From assembly GCA_905233895.1 (NCBI GenBank), contig CAJOFL010000019.1:1799-65798 (forward strand): a DNA stretch of 64,000 nt, in the 5' to 3' direction. This stretch comes from an uncultured Bacteroidales bacterium. GTDB taxonomy: Bacteria > Bacteroidota > Bacteroidia > Bacteroidales > P3. The translations under genes and the position numbers were made by a program. Below, piece after piece: positions 26,571 through 35,343 of the stretch (within the stretch, counting starts at the first letter, position 1; each line of letters begins with the position of its first letter). The notes under the pieces were generated by a model that was given only the letters and a program-made list of their open reading frames with translations, was not told the origin of the DNA and made no database searches.

Positions 26571-29302
26571 TGTCCTCTCAGTACTTCGATTGTTCCGTTA
26601 CGTTTGATTGCACCGTAGGGGCTTTTGGCCATAAAGCGGTAGTAATAGGTGCCGTCAGGGCTGGTGGTGGCATCGGGATACCAGAAGTCCTCCTCACGGC
26701 TGATGTCACGCACGTGGTAGACCTGGATGCCCCACTGGTTGAATATCCAGAGTTCGTTGATGGTGTAAATGCCGCACTCGAGGAGGTTGACCACCTTCCA
26801 GTAGTCGTTGTTGCCGTCGCCGTTGGGGGTGACGAGGTTGGGAAACTGGAGGAAGTCGTTGACCAGTGTGACGGTCTGCGAGGTGGTGTCGGTGCAGGTG
26901 ATGAGGGTGTCGTTAATCGAGTGGGTCCAGATGGCGTTGAGTGTGATGTTATAGTCGCCAGCGGCGTTAAGGTCGCCAGGGTTCCACTCGTATGAGGGCG
27001 CGAATTCCGATGTGGTGTCAATGCTGCCACCTGGCTCGCGTTCTATTTCCCAAAGGAAGGCTATGGTGTCGGGGTCGGAGAGGTTGAGGAGTTGGATGAC
27101 GGAGTTATGGATTACCACCAGTTCGGGCTCGAATGAGAAGGCAGCATTGGGCGTGGGCAGCACGGTGAGAATGAGGTTGGTGACGCTGTCGCATCCGTCG
27201 CCCGACATCAGTTGCTGGGAGTAGATGCCGGTCGTGTTGAGGTCCTGCCCGTCGAAGGTATAGACGGTGTCGTCGCAGATGTATCCGATGTATGTTGTGT
27301 CGAATGAAGGCAACACGGTAAGGGTGTGCTCGAGGTCGTAGGAGCATCCGATGGAGTCGTAGGCGGTGACATAGTAGGTGGTGGTGGTGTCGGGCGCCAC
27401 GACCATTGTGTCGGAGAGCCAGGTATAGGTCGAGGCGTTATTCAGGACGAGGGTGTCGGGCAGTGCACCGTGGCAGCGCCAGGTGGGGCCGGTAACAGAG
27501 GGCTGCTCTTGCTGCGAGACTAGGTGGAGCGTCTTCTGCAGGGTGTCGGTGCAGGCGCCGCCTGCGATTGACGACACGAGGGTGACCACGTAGTCGCCCG
27601 GGGCGTTATAGTGGGTGGATGGGTTGAACTCGGTCGAGGTCTGGCCGTTGCCGAAATCCCACCAGGCGGTCTCGCAGCGCTCGCCGGTTCCGACGGGGGT
27701 GACGCCGTCGGCCGAGATGGTGCTGTGGTTGTTGAAGCTGACATCGAATTCACAGTTGGCAACCGTGACGGTACTGTCGAAGAGCGAGAGCGGGTAGCGG
27801 GTGCCGGCGAAGGCGCTCATGGTGAAGTAGCACGAGGGATTGTCGATATAGCTGAGGGTGCAGTAGTAGGTGGTGTTGGCGCTGCTGTTGATTTCGAAGG
27901 TGCGGGCCATGCTTGAGGGGAAGAGGGGAGAGGTGGTATACCATACGTAGTTGAAGCCTTCGGGGGCGGTGAAGGAGATGGTGTCCACGTCGCCGCAGGT
28001 CTCGGTCTCAAGTCTCTTGTTGCCGCATTCGAGAGTAAAGTAGGCATAGCCGTAGTGGCCGCTCTGGGAACAGTCGTAGGTGGTAAGGCGGACGTAGATA
28101 ATTTGGCCGGCGTACGGCGAGAGGTCGATGCCCACAGAGGTCCAGTCTTTCCAGAGTGTGCCGTAGTAGTTGTTCCACCCCAGCGAGCTATTGGCTATGA
28201 AGTCGACAGCACCGCAGGTGGGGTCGATGAGTTGCATCGAGGTGTTGAGCAGTTCGAGGCGGAAGCGTGGCTGCTCGATTGCGTCGTGGTTGGGGTCTTC
28301 GAGCACTGCTGCGTAGCGTAGAAGAAGAAGGTCGTTGAGCGTGGTGTCGACCTCGACGGCATAAAGGAGGGCCTCGGCCTGTGCGCCGGTGTTCCAGTTG
28401 CCGAGCCGCACGGAGGCTGTAGAACCGCTAGGCACGGTGCGCAACAGGTTGCCCGTACGCGGGTCACGCTCGTTGGTGTCGGTGTGGATGGTGTGTCGGC
28501 TGTTGCTGCTGCCGGGTCCGAAGTCGACTACGCCGACACTATGGTATGGGTCGGAGAAGGTGCCGGTGTAAGCTAGCACTGAACCACCGTGGAGGCTGGT
28601 GGGGTCGATGCATCCATGGCCTGCGCCGATGGCAGTGGTGAAGTAGGTGGTGCGGGTGCAGCACACGTCGCCCGAGTCGTAGGGATGGTAAAGGTTCAGC
28701 GTGTAGGTGGTGTTGGTGTCAAGTCCGGTGAGTTGTACGCTTCCGCCGGTGACAGGGATAATGCTGTCGCCGTAGTCGAGCATCAAGGTGTCGGCGTCGG
28801 TGGTCCAGCTGACGAGTGCCGTGGTGGCGGTGACGTTGGTGACGGTTAGCCCGCTGGTGGTGGCCGAGCAGGGCGCGTAGACGTGGTTGGAGGTGACGGT
28901 GAGTAGGAAGCCGTCGCGGTTCACCGAGCCGTCGCTGTGGAACCACACTCGCATCGTGCCGCTGTAGGCGGTCTCGTTGGCGTTGACGGTGCCGTTGCCT
29001 GTGTAGTTGTTCAGCTGGTTCCAGTCGTCGTAGATACGGAGGTAATCCCATCCGCTCTCGAGGTTGTAGGTGCCTGAGATGGTAAGCGTCTCGCCCGGGT
29101 TGACGTGGAGGACCACCCACCCGTCGAAGTAGTTGCTGTAGTTGCCAGTGGTGCCGCCGTCGTCGCAGAAGCTTACGCCGCCGTTGCAGGGCGAGAGGAA
29201 GAGGGTGTCGCCGTTGACCATCGGGATGGGGGTCTGGGCCGTCGCCGTCAGGGTGAATGCCAGAAGTGTCAGGAGTAGTGTATATAGTTTCTTGGGTCTC
29301 AT
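26567..29302 (-). CDS. T9SS type-B-CTD surface protein (911 aa) with FN3-like and PKD-like domains
   Basis: Signal peptide. LTVTNVTATTALVSWT (FN3-like). WWDFGNGQTS...YNAPGDYVVTLV (PKD). C-terminus FPNLVTPNGDGNNDYW...IFNQWGIQVY...GTIEVLR. ATGA overlaps at both ends. Confidence 0.85.
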   Translation of the reverse strand: MRPKKLYTLLLTLLAFTLTATAQTPIPMVNGDTLFLSPCNGGVSFCDDGGTTGNYSNYFDGWVVLHVNPGETLTISGTYNLESGWDYLRIYDDWNQLNNYTGNGTVNANETAYSGTMRVWFHSDGSVNRDGFLLTVTSNHVYAPCSATTSGLTVTNVTATTALVSWTTDADTLMLDYGDSIIPVTGGSVQLTGLDTNTTYTLNLYHPYDSGDVCCTRTTYFTTAIGAGHGCIDPTSLHGGSVLAYTGTFSDPYHSVGVVDFGPGSSNSRHTIHTDTNERDPRTGNLLRTVPSGSTASVRLGNWNTGAQAEALLYAVEVDTTLNDLLLLRYAAVLEDPNHDAIEQPRFRLELLNTSMQLIDPTCGAVDFIANSSLGWNNYYGTLWKDWTSVGIDLSPYAGQIIYVRLTTYDCSQSGHYGYAYFTLECGNKRLETETCGDVDTISFTAPEGFNYVWYTTSPLFPSSMARTFEINSSANTTYYCTLSYIDNPSCYFTMSAFAGTRYPLSLFDSTVTVANCEFDVSFNNHSTISADGVTPVGTGERCETAWWDFGNGQTSTEFNPSTHYNAPGDYVVTLVSSIAGGACTDTLQKTLHLVSQQEQPSVTGPTWRCHGALPDTLVLNNASTYTWLSDTMVVAPDTTTTYYVTAYDSIGCSYDLEHTLTVLPSFDTTYIGYICDDTVYTFDGQDLNTTGIYSQQLMSGDGCDSVTNLILTVLPTPNAAFSFEPELVVIHNSVIQLLNLSDPDTIAFLWEIEREPGGSIDTTSEFAPSYEWNPGDLNAAGDYNITLNAIWTHSINDTLITCTDTTSQTVTLVNDFLQFPNLVTPNGDGNNDYWKVVNLLECGIYTINELWIFNQWGIQVYHVRDISREEDFWYPDATTSPDGTYYYRFMAKSPYGAIKRNGTIEVLRGQ

Positions 29303-31557
29303 TTTGCGTTGATTACTTCAATTGTTCCGTTACGGCGCAGCGAACCGTAGGGGCTATGTGCGGCGAATCGGTAGTAATAGGTGCCGTCGGGGCTGTTGGT
29401 TGTCCGAGGGTTCCAGAAGTCGGCGCGGTCGGTAATATTGCGGGCATGGTATATTTCCATGCCCCAACTGTTGTAAATCCATAGTTCGTTGCGGGCAAAG
29501 AGGCCACTCTCTATCAGGTTCACCACTTCCCATTGGTCGTTCTGTCCGTCGCCGTTTGGGGTGACCATGTTTGGAAATTGGATTTGCACGTCGGCTACGG
29601 TGATTGTTTCCGATGCGGTGTCGATGCAACGGAGGGTGTCTCCACCGGGCAGCGGATGGTACCAGATGGCGGTGAGTGTCACCGGATGGTCGCGTTGGTT
29701 CCTAAATTGGTGTGAACGGTCAGGTTGGTGGTTTGGTTCGGGCAGAGTGGAACTGTCGCCGTCGAAGTTCCATATATATGCAAGCGAGTCGAAGGGCTGG
29801 CTAAAATTGAGCATCTGCATATCGGCTTGAAAGATATTCACGCTGGGAGGATCCCAAGTGAAGGCCGCCGTGGGTACCTGGTAGACGTTCACGGCATCAG
29901 TCAGCACCACTGACGTGTCGATGCAGCCGCGTATGCTCACGGCCTTGAGTGTGAGGGTGAAGCTGCCGACGGTGTCATAGAAATGGGTGATGGGCGCAGG
30001 ATTACGCGAGGTGATTGTTTCGGTAAGGGTGTCGCCGTCGCCGAAGGTCCACTGGCGCCACCGTTCGAGGAGGGTGGTGTCGCGCAACTGGAGGGAGAAT
30101 GGACGGCAGGCGTGGAAAGCTGTGTCGTCGCTCCAAGTGACTCCGTCGTCGCTTATCAGCAACTGTAAGTGGAAGAGGCTGTCGACCATTTCGAGGCGAA
30201 CGCCAACTATACTGTCGCATCCGTACTGGCTGGTGAAGTGACTCACGATGTCGGCCGGTCCGCCGTAGTCTATGCCGTCGTAGATAAATTGCTCGTCGCG
30301 GCAGAAGTATAGGGTGTCCACCGTTCTGTAGGTGGGCATGAAACGGTAGTGCAGTTCGACAATGCTGTCACATCCACCGATGGAGGTGTAGTGTACAGGG
30401 AGGTCAGTGTTGGTTGTGAACCTCATGCCGTCGAATAGGATGGTGTCGCCTTTGCAAAGAGTGTCACGCACTTCATAGCGGTATGTTGGAAAGTAATGGA
30501 TGGAGAAGGAGGTATCCACCATGACTCCGTTGCTGAAATAGGAGGTGACGGTGTAAGTTATTGTTGTGTCGCCTTGGTGACCCTGCGGGAGTGCAATGGC
30601 CGCGGTCGAGTCGTTAATCACCATTCCGCCGGCCACGCGCGCTGAGTCGAGAGTGACTCCGGAGAGAAGCAGTGTGTCGGAGAGGGCAATTTCCCAATCG
30701 AAAATATATCCGTTGTCATCTGCCCATCCGTCAGCCACAATGATGGTCCAGTTGCCGTTAATGGGGCATCCAACCAGGGCGTTAAAATGTTCGTTGGGAT
30801 GATATAACTGGTTCAGGTTTCTGATGTCGGATGAGTCAATCGTGGCGTAAGAATGGTTGTTGAATGGGTTGAGTCGGTCATGGGCGTTGCTTCTGCGATA
30901 GATAAGGCCGTCATCGTTGGCGTAAGTGTACTCCTGACTGGTATTATCGCTCCAGCAATAGTTCCAGCCAATACCGGGGGCGTTGTTTGGGTCGGTAGTG
31001 TCGCATAGAACACCTGAAACACTCTCATCAAATGGAATGCCGAAAGATGCATCGGGCGTGTTTGGGAATGTGCGATCCCAGTGTAAGTGGTTGTCTGGAA
31101 TGTCATTAATCCCACAATCGGGACTAATTGAGTTGTGACCATTCAATGAATTCATAAGTGACACGCGCTGTCCGTTGGGACACATGAGCGCAATGTAGAT
31201 GTCACCGATAAAACTATGCTCTATGTTGAGACGCACGTATTTAATGTCCTGCGCAGAATGGATAAGGGCGCTGTCGTTGAAGCCGGAGAATGTTACCGAT
31301 GTGCGGTAATCGCAGTTGCCGTCGCACTTAGCCCCGTCGGGAAGGAAAGTGCGGCCCGGGTGCGAAAGGGTGCCTTGCGAGTTTAACACTACGATATTGT
31401 TACTGCTCCTGTATCCGACGTTTACATAAACAGTGTCGCCGACGCATACGTTGCTGTCTACACTGACGCTCACCACTAATTGCGCCTCTGCATATGCGGA
31501 CATTGCAATGGTTATTATGGTGTAAATTACCGTTTTATGTATGAGCGACAATCTCAT
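29299..31557 (-). CDS. T9SS type-B-CTD surface protein (about 752 aa), N-terminal paralog of 23253-26570
   Basis: Signal peptide from the ATG at 31557 (MRLSLIHKTVIYTIITIAMSAYA). Motifs HSFIGDIYIALMCPNGQ and GNWTIIVADGWADDNGYIFDWEIAL. PKD-like WTFGDGDT. C-terminus FPNMVTPNGDGQNDQW...GTIEVINAK. Confidence 0.85.
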   Translation of the reverse strand: MRLSLIHKTVIYTIITIAMSAYAEAQLVVSVSVDSNVCVGDTVYVNVGYRSSNNIVVLNSQGTLSHPGRTFLPDGAKCDGNCDYRTSVTFSGFNDSALIHSAQDIKYVRLNIEHSFIGDIYIALMCPNGQRVSLMNSLNGHNSISPDCGINDIPDNHLHWDRTFPNTPDASFGIPFDESVSGVLCDTTDPNNAPGIGWNYCWSDNTSQEYTYANDDGLIYRRSNAHDRLNPFNNHSYATIDSSDIRNLNQLYHPNEHFNALVGCPINGNWTIIVADGWADDNGYIFDWEIALSDTLLLSGVTLDSARVAGGMVINDSTAAIALPQGHQGDTTITYTVTSYFSNGVMVDTSFSIHYFPTYRYEVRDTLCKGDTILFDGMRFTTNTDLPVHYTSIGGCDSIVELHYRFMPTYRTVDTLYFCRDEQFIYDGIDYGGPADIVSHFTSQYGCDSIVGVRLEMVDSLFHLQLLISDDGVTWSDDTAFHACRPFSLQLRDTTLLERWRQWTFGDGDTLTETITSRNPAPITHFYDTVGSFTLTLKAVSIRGCIDTSVVLTDAVNVYQVPTAAFTWDPPSVNIFQADMQMLNFSQPFDSLAYIWNFDGDSSTLPEPNHQPDRSHQFRNQRDHPVTLTAIWYHPLPGGDTLRCIDTASETITVADVQIQFPNMVTPNGDGQNDQWEVVNLIESGLFARNELWIYNSWGMEIYHARNITDRADFWNPRTTNSPDGTYYYRFAAHSPYGSLRRNGTIEVINAK

Positions 31558-31565
31558 TACAAACT

Positions 31566-31597
31566 GCAAATATAGTAAATTAATATTATATAGCAAA
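31566..31597 (-). promoter_or_regulatory. Promoter of the T9SS-cargo operon: -33 TTTG (31594-31597) and -7 TATATTTG (31566-31573), minus strand
   Basis: Both boxes are present on the minus strand with a 20-nt spacer. The -7 box ends only 8 nt before the ATG at 31557, so the leader would be very short. Confidence 0.6.
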
Positions 31598-31629
31598 ATT
31601 TTTTTTCGAAAAGACCTGTGGTATATGGT

Positions 31630-31724
31630 AGGCGTTGATCAGGCGTTGATCAGGCGTTGGTCAGGCGAAGGTGGGGTTAATCGTCTGGCGTTCTTGTAGT
31701 TATGTGAATTTTAGGCTCATATAT
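31630..31724 (+). repeat. Modular intergenic repeat, copy 3 (B-type tail). Core is 31630-31677.
   Basis: Unit order GATC, GATC, GGTC, then AGGCGAAGGTGGGGT. The tail ...CTGGCGTTCTTGTAGTTATGTGAATTTTAGG resembles copies 4 and 5. Confidence 0.85.
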
Positions 31725-31804
31725 TTTTAATTATCAATAGGTTAGGTGTTTTTGGATTTCTCTGTTCTGTTGCGGCGGTTCCTGTGGGCGGTTCAAAAAA
31801 AATA

Positions 31805-31835
31805 TTTGCCGATTCCAAAAAAGAATGTATCTTTG
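31805..31835 (+). promoter_or_regulatory. Bacteroidota sigma-A promoter: -33 TTTG (31805-31808) and -7 TATCTTTG (31828-31835)
   Basis: Consensus boxes with a 19-nt spacer, 24 nt upstream of the ftcD ATG. Confidence 0.75.
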
Positions 31836-31858
31836 CAGAAAACTAAATACTCTGCAAG

Positions 31859-33556
31859 ATGAAGCAACTTATTGAATGTGTGCCCAATATCAGCGAAGGG
31901 CGCAATATGGATATTATCAATCAGGTGACCGCCGAGATTGAAAAGGTCGAGGGTGTCAAACTCCTTGATGTCGACCCCGGTCAGACTACCAACCGCACTG
32001 TCATCACCTTTGTTGGTGAGCCTGAGCCTGTTCTCGAGGCCGCCTACCAGGTTGTCAAGAAGGCATCCGAACTCATCGACATGAGCCAGCACCACGGCGC
32101 CCACCCGCGTCAGGGTGCCACCGATGTATGCCCCCTCATCCCCGTGGCCAATATCACTATGGACGAAGTTGTTGAGTATGCCCACAAACTCGGCAAACGT
32201 CTCGGTGAAGAGTTGCAAATCCCCATCTATTGCTATGAAAATGCTGCCTTTATCCCAGAACGCCGCAACCTTGCCTATTGTCGCACCGGCGAGTATGAGA
32301 GCCTTTCGAGCCGTCTCGGTACCGAGCAGTGGAAGCCCGACTTCGGCCCCAATGCCTGGAATGAGCACACCGCACGTACCGGTGCCACCCAGGTGGGTGC
32401 CCGCGACTTCCTCGTGGCCATCAACTACAATCTAAACACTACCAGCACCCGTCGCGCCAATGCAATCGCCTTCGACGTGCGCGAGAAGGGCCGTCCGATG
32501 CGCGAGGGCGGTGTTCCCAGCGGCAAGCCCATCAAGGACGAGAACGGCAAGACTATCATGATTCCCGGTACCTTGAAGGGTACCAAGGCAATTGGCTGGT
32601 ATATCGAGGACTACGGTATCGCACAGGTGTCGATGAATATTACCTCCATCAAGGTTGCTCCCGTCCACCTTTGCTTCGACGAGGTATGCCGTTGCGCTGC
32701 CAACCGCGGCCTGCGTGTCACCGGATGTGAGATTGTCGGCCTGATTCCTAAGAGCGTACTTATCGATGCCGGCAAGTATTACCTTGCCAAGCAGAAGCGT
32801 TCGCTCGGTGTTAGCGAGGAGGAAATCATGAAGGTTGCCGTCAAGAGTATGGGTCTCGATGACCTCAAGCCCTTCAACCCCAAGGAGAAAGTTATCGAAT
32901 TCCTGATTGAGGACAATTCTAAAAAGAAGTTGGTTGACCTCACTTGTCGCGGTTTCTGCGACGAGACGGCCAGCGAAAGCCCCGCCCCCGGCGGTGGATC
33001 GGTGAGCGCATATATGGGCGCATTGGCCGCTTCTCTGGGCACTATGGTGGCCAACCTCACCGGTGGCAAGGCCGCTTACGACGACCAGTGGGAGAAGTTC
33101 TCCGATGTTGCCGTCAAGGGTCAGGCCCTGAAAGACGAGCTTCTGCACCTTGTCGACGAGGATACCGAGGCTTTCAACCGCATCATGAACGCCTTCGGCC
33201 TGCCCAAGAAAACCGACGAGGAGAAGGCGGCACGTAGCGCTGCCATCCAAGAGGCTACGAAGTATGCCACCGAGGTGCCCTTCCGTACCATGCAGAAGAG
33301 CCTCGAAGCCTTCGAGGTCTGCCGCGCAATGGTGGAGTGGGGTAACCCCAATTCCGTTACCGATGGCGGCGTTGGAAGCCTTGCTGCCCGCTCGGCTGTC
33401 ATGGGTGCCCACCTCAACGTCAAGATTAACGCCAGTTCGCTCAAGGACGAGCCCTTCAAGGCCGACATCCTCGCCCGTGCCCAGCAGATTGAGGATGCTG
33501 CAATAAAGCAGGAGGCTGAGATACTAAAGATTGTAAACGAAAAAATCGGATTGTAA
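31859..33556 (+). CDS. ftcD: Bifunctional glutamate formimidoyltransferase / formimidoyltetrahydrofolate cyclodeaminase
   Basis: N-terminus LIECVPNISEGRN and transferase domains, followed by a C-terminal helical cyclodeaminase domain (ESPAPGGGSVSAYMGALAASL). Confidence 0.9.
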   Translation: MKQLIECVPNISEGRNMDIINQVTAEIEKVEGVKLLDVDPGQTTNRTVITFVGEPEPVLEAAYQVVKKASELIDMSQHHGAHPRQGATDVCPLIPVANITMDEVVEYAHKLGKRLGEELQIPIYCYENAAFIPERRNLAYCRTGEYESLSSRLGTEQWKPDFGPNAWNEHTARTGATQVGARDFLVAINYNLNTTSTRRANAIAFDVREKGRPMREGGVPSGKPIKDENGKTIMIPGTLKGTKAIGWYIEDYGIAQVSMNITSIKVAPVHLCFDEVCRCAANRGLRVTGCEIVGLIPKSVLIDAGKYYLAKQKRSLGVSEEEIMKVAVKSMGLDDLKPFNPKEKVIEFLIEDNSKKKLVDLTCRGFCDETASESPAPGGGSVSAYMGALAASLGTMVANLTGGKAAYDDQWEKFSDVAVKGQALKDELLHLVDEDTEAFNRIMNAFGLPKKTDEEKAARSAAIQEATKYATEVPFRTMQKSLEAFEVCRAMVEWGNPNSVTDGGVGSLAARSAVMGAHLNVKINASSLKDEPFKADILARAQQIEDAAIKQEAEILKIVNEKIGL

Positions 33557-33557
33557 T

Positions 33558-33683
33558 ATGAAAAAGAAAACATTTGCTATCGTCGCTTTGATGCTCCTCG
33601 TGGCCGGAATTGCCGCCAGTTGCACCCACCACACCTGCCCCGCCTACCGTGGTTCGGTGGCAATGGCCGAAGTGGTTGAATAA
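33558..33683 (+). CDS. Possible 41-aa lipoprotein (not in the ORF track, which lists only ORFs of 60 aa or more)
   Basis: MKKKTFAIVALMLLVAGIAASCTHHTCPAYRGSVAMAEVVE. Signal peptide plus lipobox, beginning 1 nt after the ftcD stop. No other support. Confidence 0.4.
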   Translation: MKKKTFAIVALMLLVAGIAASCTHHTCPAYRGSVAMAEVVE

Positions 33684-33718
33684 CGCGAAAAACACCTTCT
33701 CCGGAAGCTGTTTTTGGG

Positions 33719-33750
33719 GCGCGACTCACCGTCGCGCAGTAAAATTTTTT
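33719..33750 (+). terminator. Probable terminator after ftcD and the small ORF
   Basis: Stem GCGCGAC / GTCGCGC with loop TCACC. The T6 run follows after a 7-nt spacer. Confidence 0.5.
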
Positions 33751-33814
33751 GCTCTGCAACGCATTGCAAACCAGCTCTGAACTCAGCGCTCCGGACTCTG
33801 AACTGAAAAAAAAT

Positions 33815-33845
33815 TTTGCCAGTCCAAAAAAAGGTTGTACTTTTG
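33815..33845 (+). promoter_or_regulatory. Promoter of tRNA-Glu: -33 TTTG (33815-33818) and -7 TACTTTTG (33838-33845)
   Basis: Consensus boxes with a 19-nt spacer, 37 nt upstream of the tRNA 5' end. Confidence 0.75.
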
Positions 33846-33881
33846 CACCCGCTTTCGACAGGTGAAAGCACCACAAAAACT

Positions 33882-33955
33882 GCCGCATTCGTCTAGTGGT
33901 CCAGGACATCTGCCTCTCACGCAGAAGATCATCAGTTCGACTCTGATATGCGGTA
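33882..33955 (+). tRNA. tRNA-Glu (anticodon CUC)
   Basis: Folded by hand. 7-bp acceptor stem (one G-U), 4-bp D stem, 5-bp anticodon stem with loop CT-CTC-AC, 5-bp T stem with TTCGACT loop, discriminator A. No encoded CCA. Confidence 0.92.
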
Positions 33956-33960
33956 CAAAA

Positions 33961-33987
33961 CCTCCCGAATACTGGGAGGTTTTTTTC
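33961..33987 (+). terminator. Rho-independent terminator after tRNA-Glu
   Basis: Stem CCTCCC / GGGAGG, 7-nt loop, T-run. Confidence 0.8.
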
Positions 33988-34007
33988 TTTATGTAAAATT
34001 TTTTTAT

Positions 34008-34038
34008 TTTGCGTATATAATTTTTTTTACTATCTTTG
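34008..34038 (+). promoter_or_regulatory. Promoter of serC: -33 TTTG (34008-34011) and -7 TATCTTTG (34031-34038)
   Basis: Consensus boxes with a 19-nt spacer. Confidence 0.7.
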
Positions 34039-34108
34039 TTGCAGTGAATTATGCAATGAAGATTAGTGTAATTAATTTAATATAAACCAATTAAAACAAA
34101 AACAAGCA

Positions 34109-35224
34109 ATGAAGACCGCTTATAATTTCAATGCAGGTCCCTGCGTCCTGCCCAAAGAGGCCATCGAGTCCACCATCGCCGCTATCCGCGACTTTGACAA
34201 CACCGGTATCGGCCTGCTCGAAATCTCTCACCGTACACCCGGTTGGGAGCGTACCATGGAAGAGACCCGCCAGCTCTGGCGCGACCTTCTGAATATCCCC
34301 GCTGAGTATGAAATTCTCTTCCTCGGTGGTGGTGCCAGCACAGGTTTTATGGATGTTCCCGCCAACCTCCTCAACAAGAAGGCTGCCTACCTGCAGACCG
34401 GCGTGTGGGCCAAGAAGGCCGCTAAAGAGGCCAAGAACTTCGGCGAGACCGTGATTGTGGCTTCCAGCGAAGACAAGACCTACAGCTACATCCCGAAGGG
34501 TTGGACCGTTCCCGCTGATGCCGACTATTTCCACATCACCACCAACAACACCATCTACGGTACCGAAATCCGCAAGGACTTTGCCGCCAACGAAATCAAC
34601 AACGTGATGCTCGTCGCCGACATGAGCTCAGACATCATGAGCCGCCCCGTTGACGTGAAGAAGTACGGTCTCATCTATGGTGGTGCCCAGAAGAACGTTG
34701 GCCCCGCTGGTGTTACTTTCTACATCGTCAAGAAGGATATCCTTGGCAAGATTAACGACCGTCAGTACATGAACCCGCTGCCCACTATGGTCGACTTCCG
34801 TACCCATGCTGCTGAAGAGGCCAAGAACATCTCCATGTTCAACACTCCTCCGGTGAGCGCCATTTTCGTAATGCACGAGACCCTGAAGTGGGTTAAGAAT
34901 ACCATCGGCGGCGTTGCCGAGATGGAGAAGATCAACCTCAAGAAGAGTGCCCTGCTCTATGAGGAGATCGACCGTAACAGCATGTTCCGCGGCACCGTCG
35001 AGAAGGAAGACCGTTCCATCATGAACCACTGCTGGATTATGGCCGAGGGTCGAGAGAACCTCGAGGCCGATTTCATGGCCTTCGCCAAGGAGCGCGGCAT
35101 GGTCGGCATCAAGGGTCACCGTTCGGTGGGTGGCTTCCGCGCCAGCCTCTACAACGCCTGCCCCATCGAGGCCGTCGAGGCTCTCGTCCAGTGCATGCAG
35201 GACTTCGAGAAAGCCCACAAATAG
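34109..35224 (+). CDS. serC: 3-phosphoserine aminotransferase
   Basis: N-terminus [16 protein letters not shown] and a [16 protein letters not shown]-lysine region. 371 aa. Confidence 0.93.
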   Translation: MKTAYNFNAGPCVLPKEAIESTIAAIRDFDNTGIGLLEISHRTPGWERTMEETRQLWRDLLNIPAEYEILFLGGGASTGFMDVPANLLNKKAAYLQTGVWAKKAAKEAKNFGETVIVASSEDKTYSYIPKGWTVPADADYFHITTNNTIYGTEIRKDFAANEINNVMLVADMSSDIMSRPVDVKKYGLIYGGAQKNVGPAGVTFYIVKKDILGKINDRQYMNPLPTMVDFRTHAAEEAKNISMFNTPPVSAIFVMHETLKWVKNTIGGVAEMEKINLKKSALLYEEIDRNSMFRGTVEKEDRSIMNHCWIMAEGRENLEADFMAFAKERGMVGIKGHRSVGGFRASLYNACPIEAVEALVQCMQDFEKAHK

Positions 35225-35255
35225 TCGAGTGGTTAAGTAATTAAGAAATGGAAAT

Positions 35256-35320
35256 CAGAGACGACGTAAGGGAAGGTTTCGAGAAGAAGCTTCGCAAGGA
35301 ACCTACTTGCGTCTTCTCTG
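35256..35320 (+). other. Long imperfect hairpin in the serC-serA spacer
   Basis: Arms CAGAGACGACGTAAG (35256-35270) and CTTGCGTCTTCTCTG (35306-35320): 13 Watson-Crick pairs, 1 G-U and 1 mismatch out of 15. The loop contains further self-complementarity (GGTTTC...GGAACC, GAAGCTTC). Confidence 0.6.
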
Positions 35321-35343
35321 ATGTAATTAAAATTTACAATAAG

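Noticed and set aside
35248-35343. N-terminal extensions offered by the ORF track: serA from 35248, 1825-1875, 9031-9060, 38922-39098, 42069-42125, 19984-20046, 31558-31596 and 56123-56191.
   Set aside because: In each case an internal ATG gives the family-typical N-terminus or a proper signal peptide. The extension would overlap the upstream gene, an RNA, a promoter or a hairpin.
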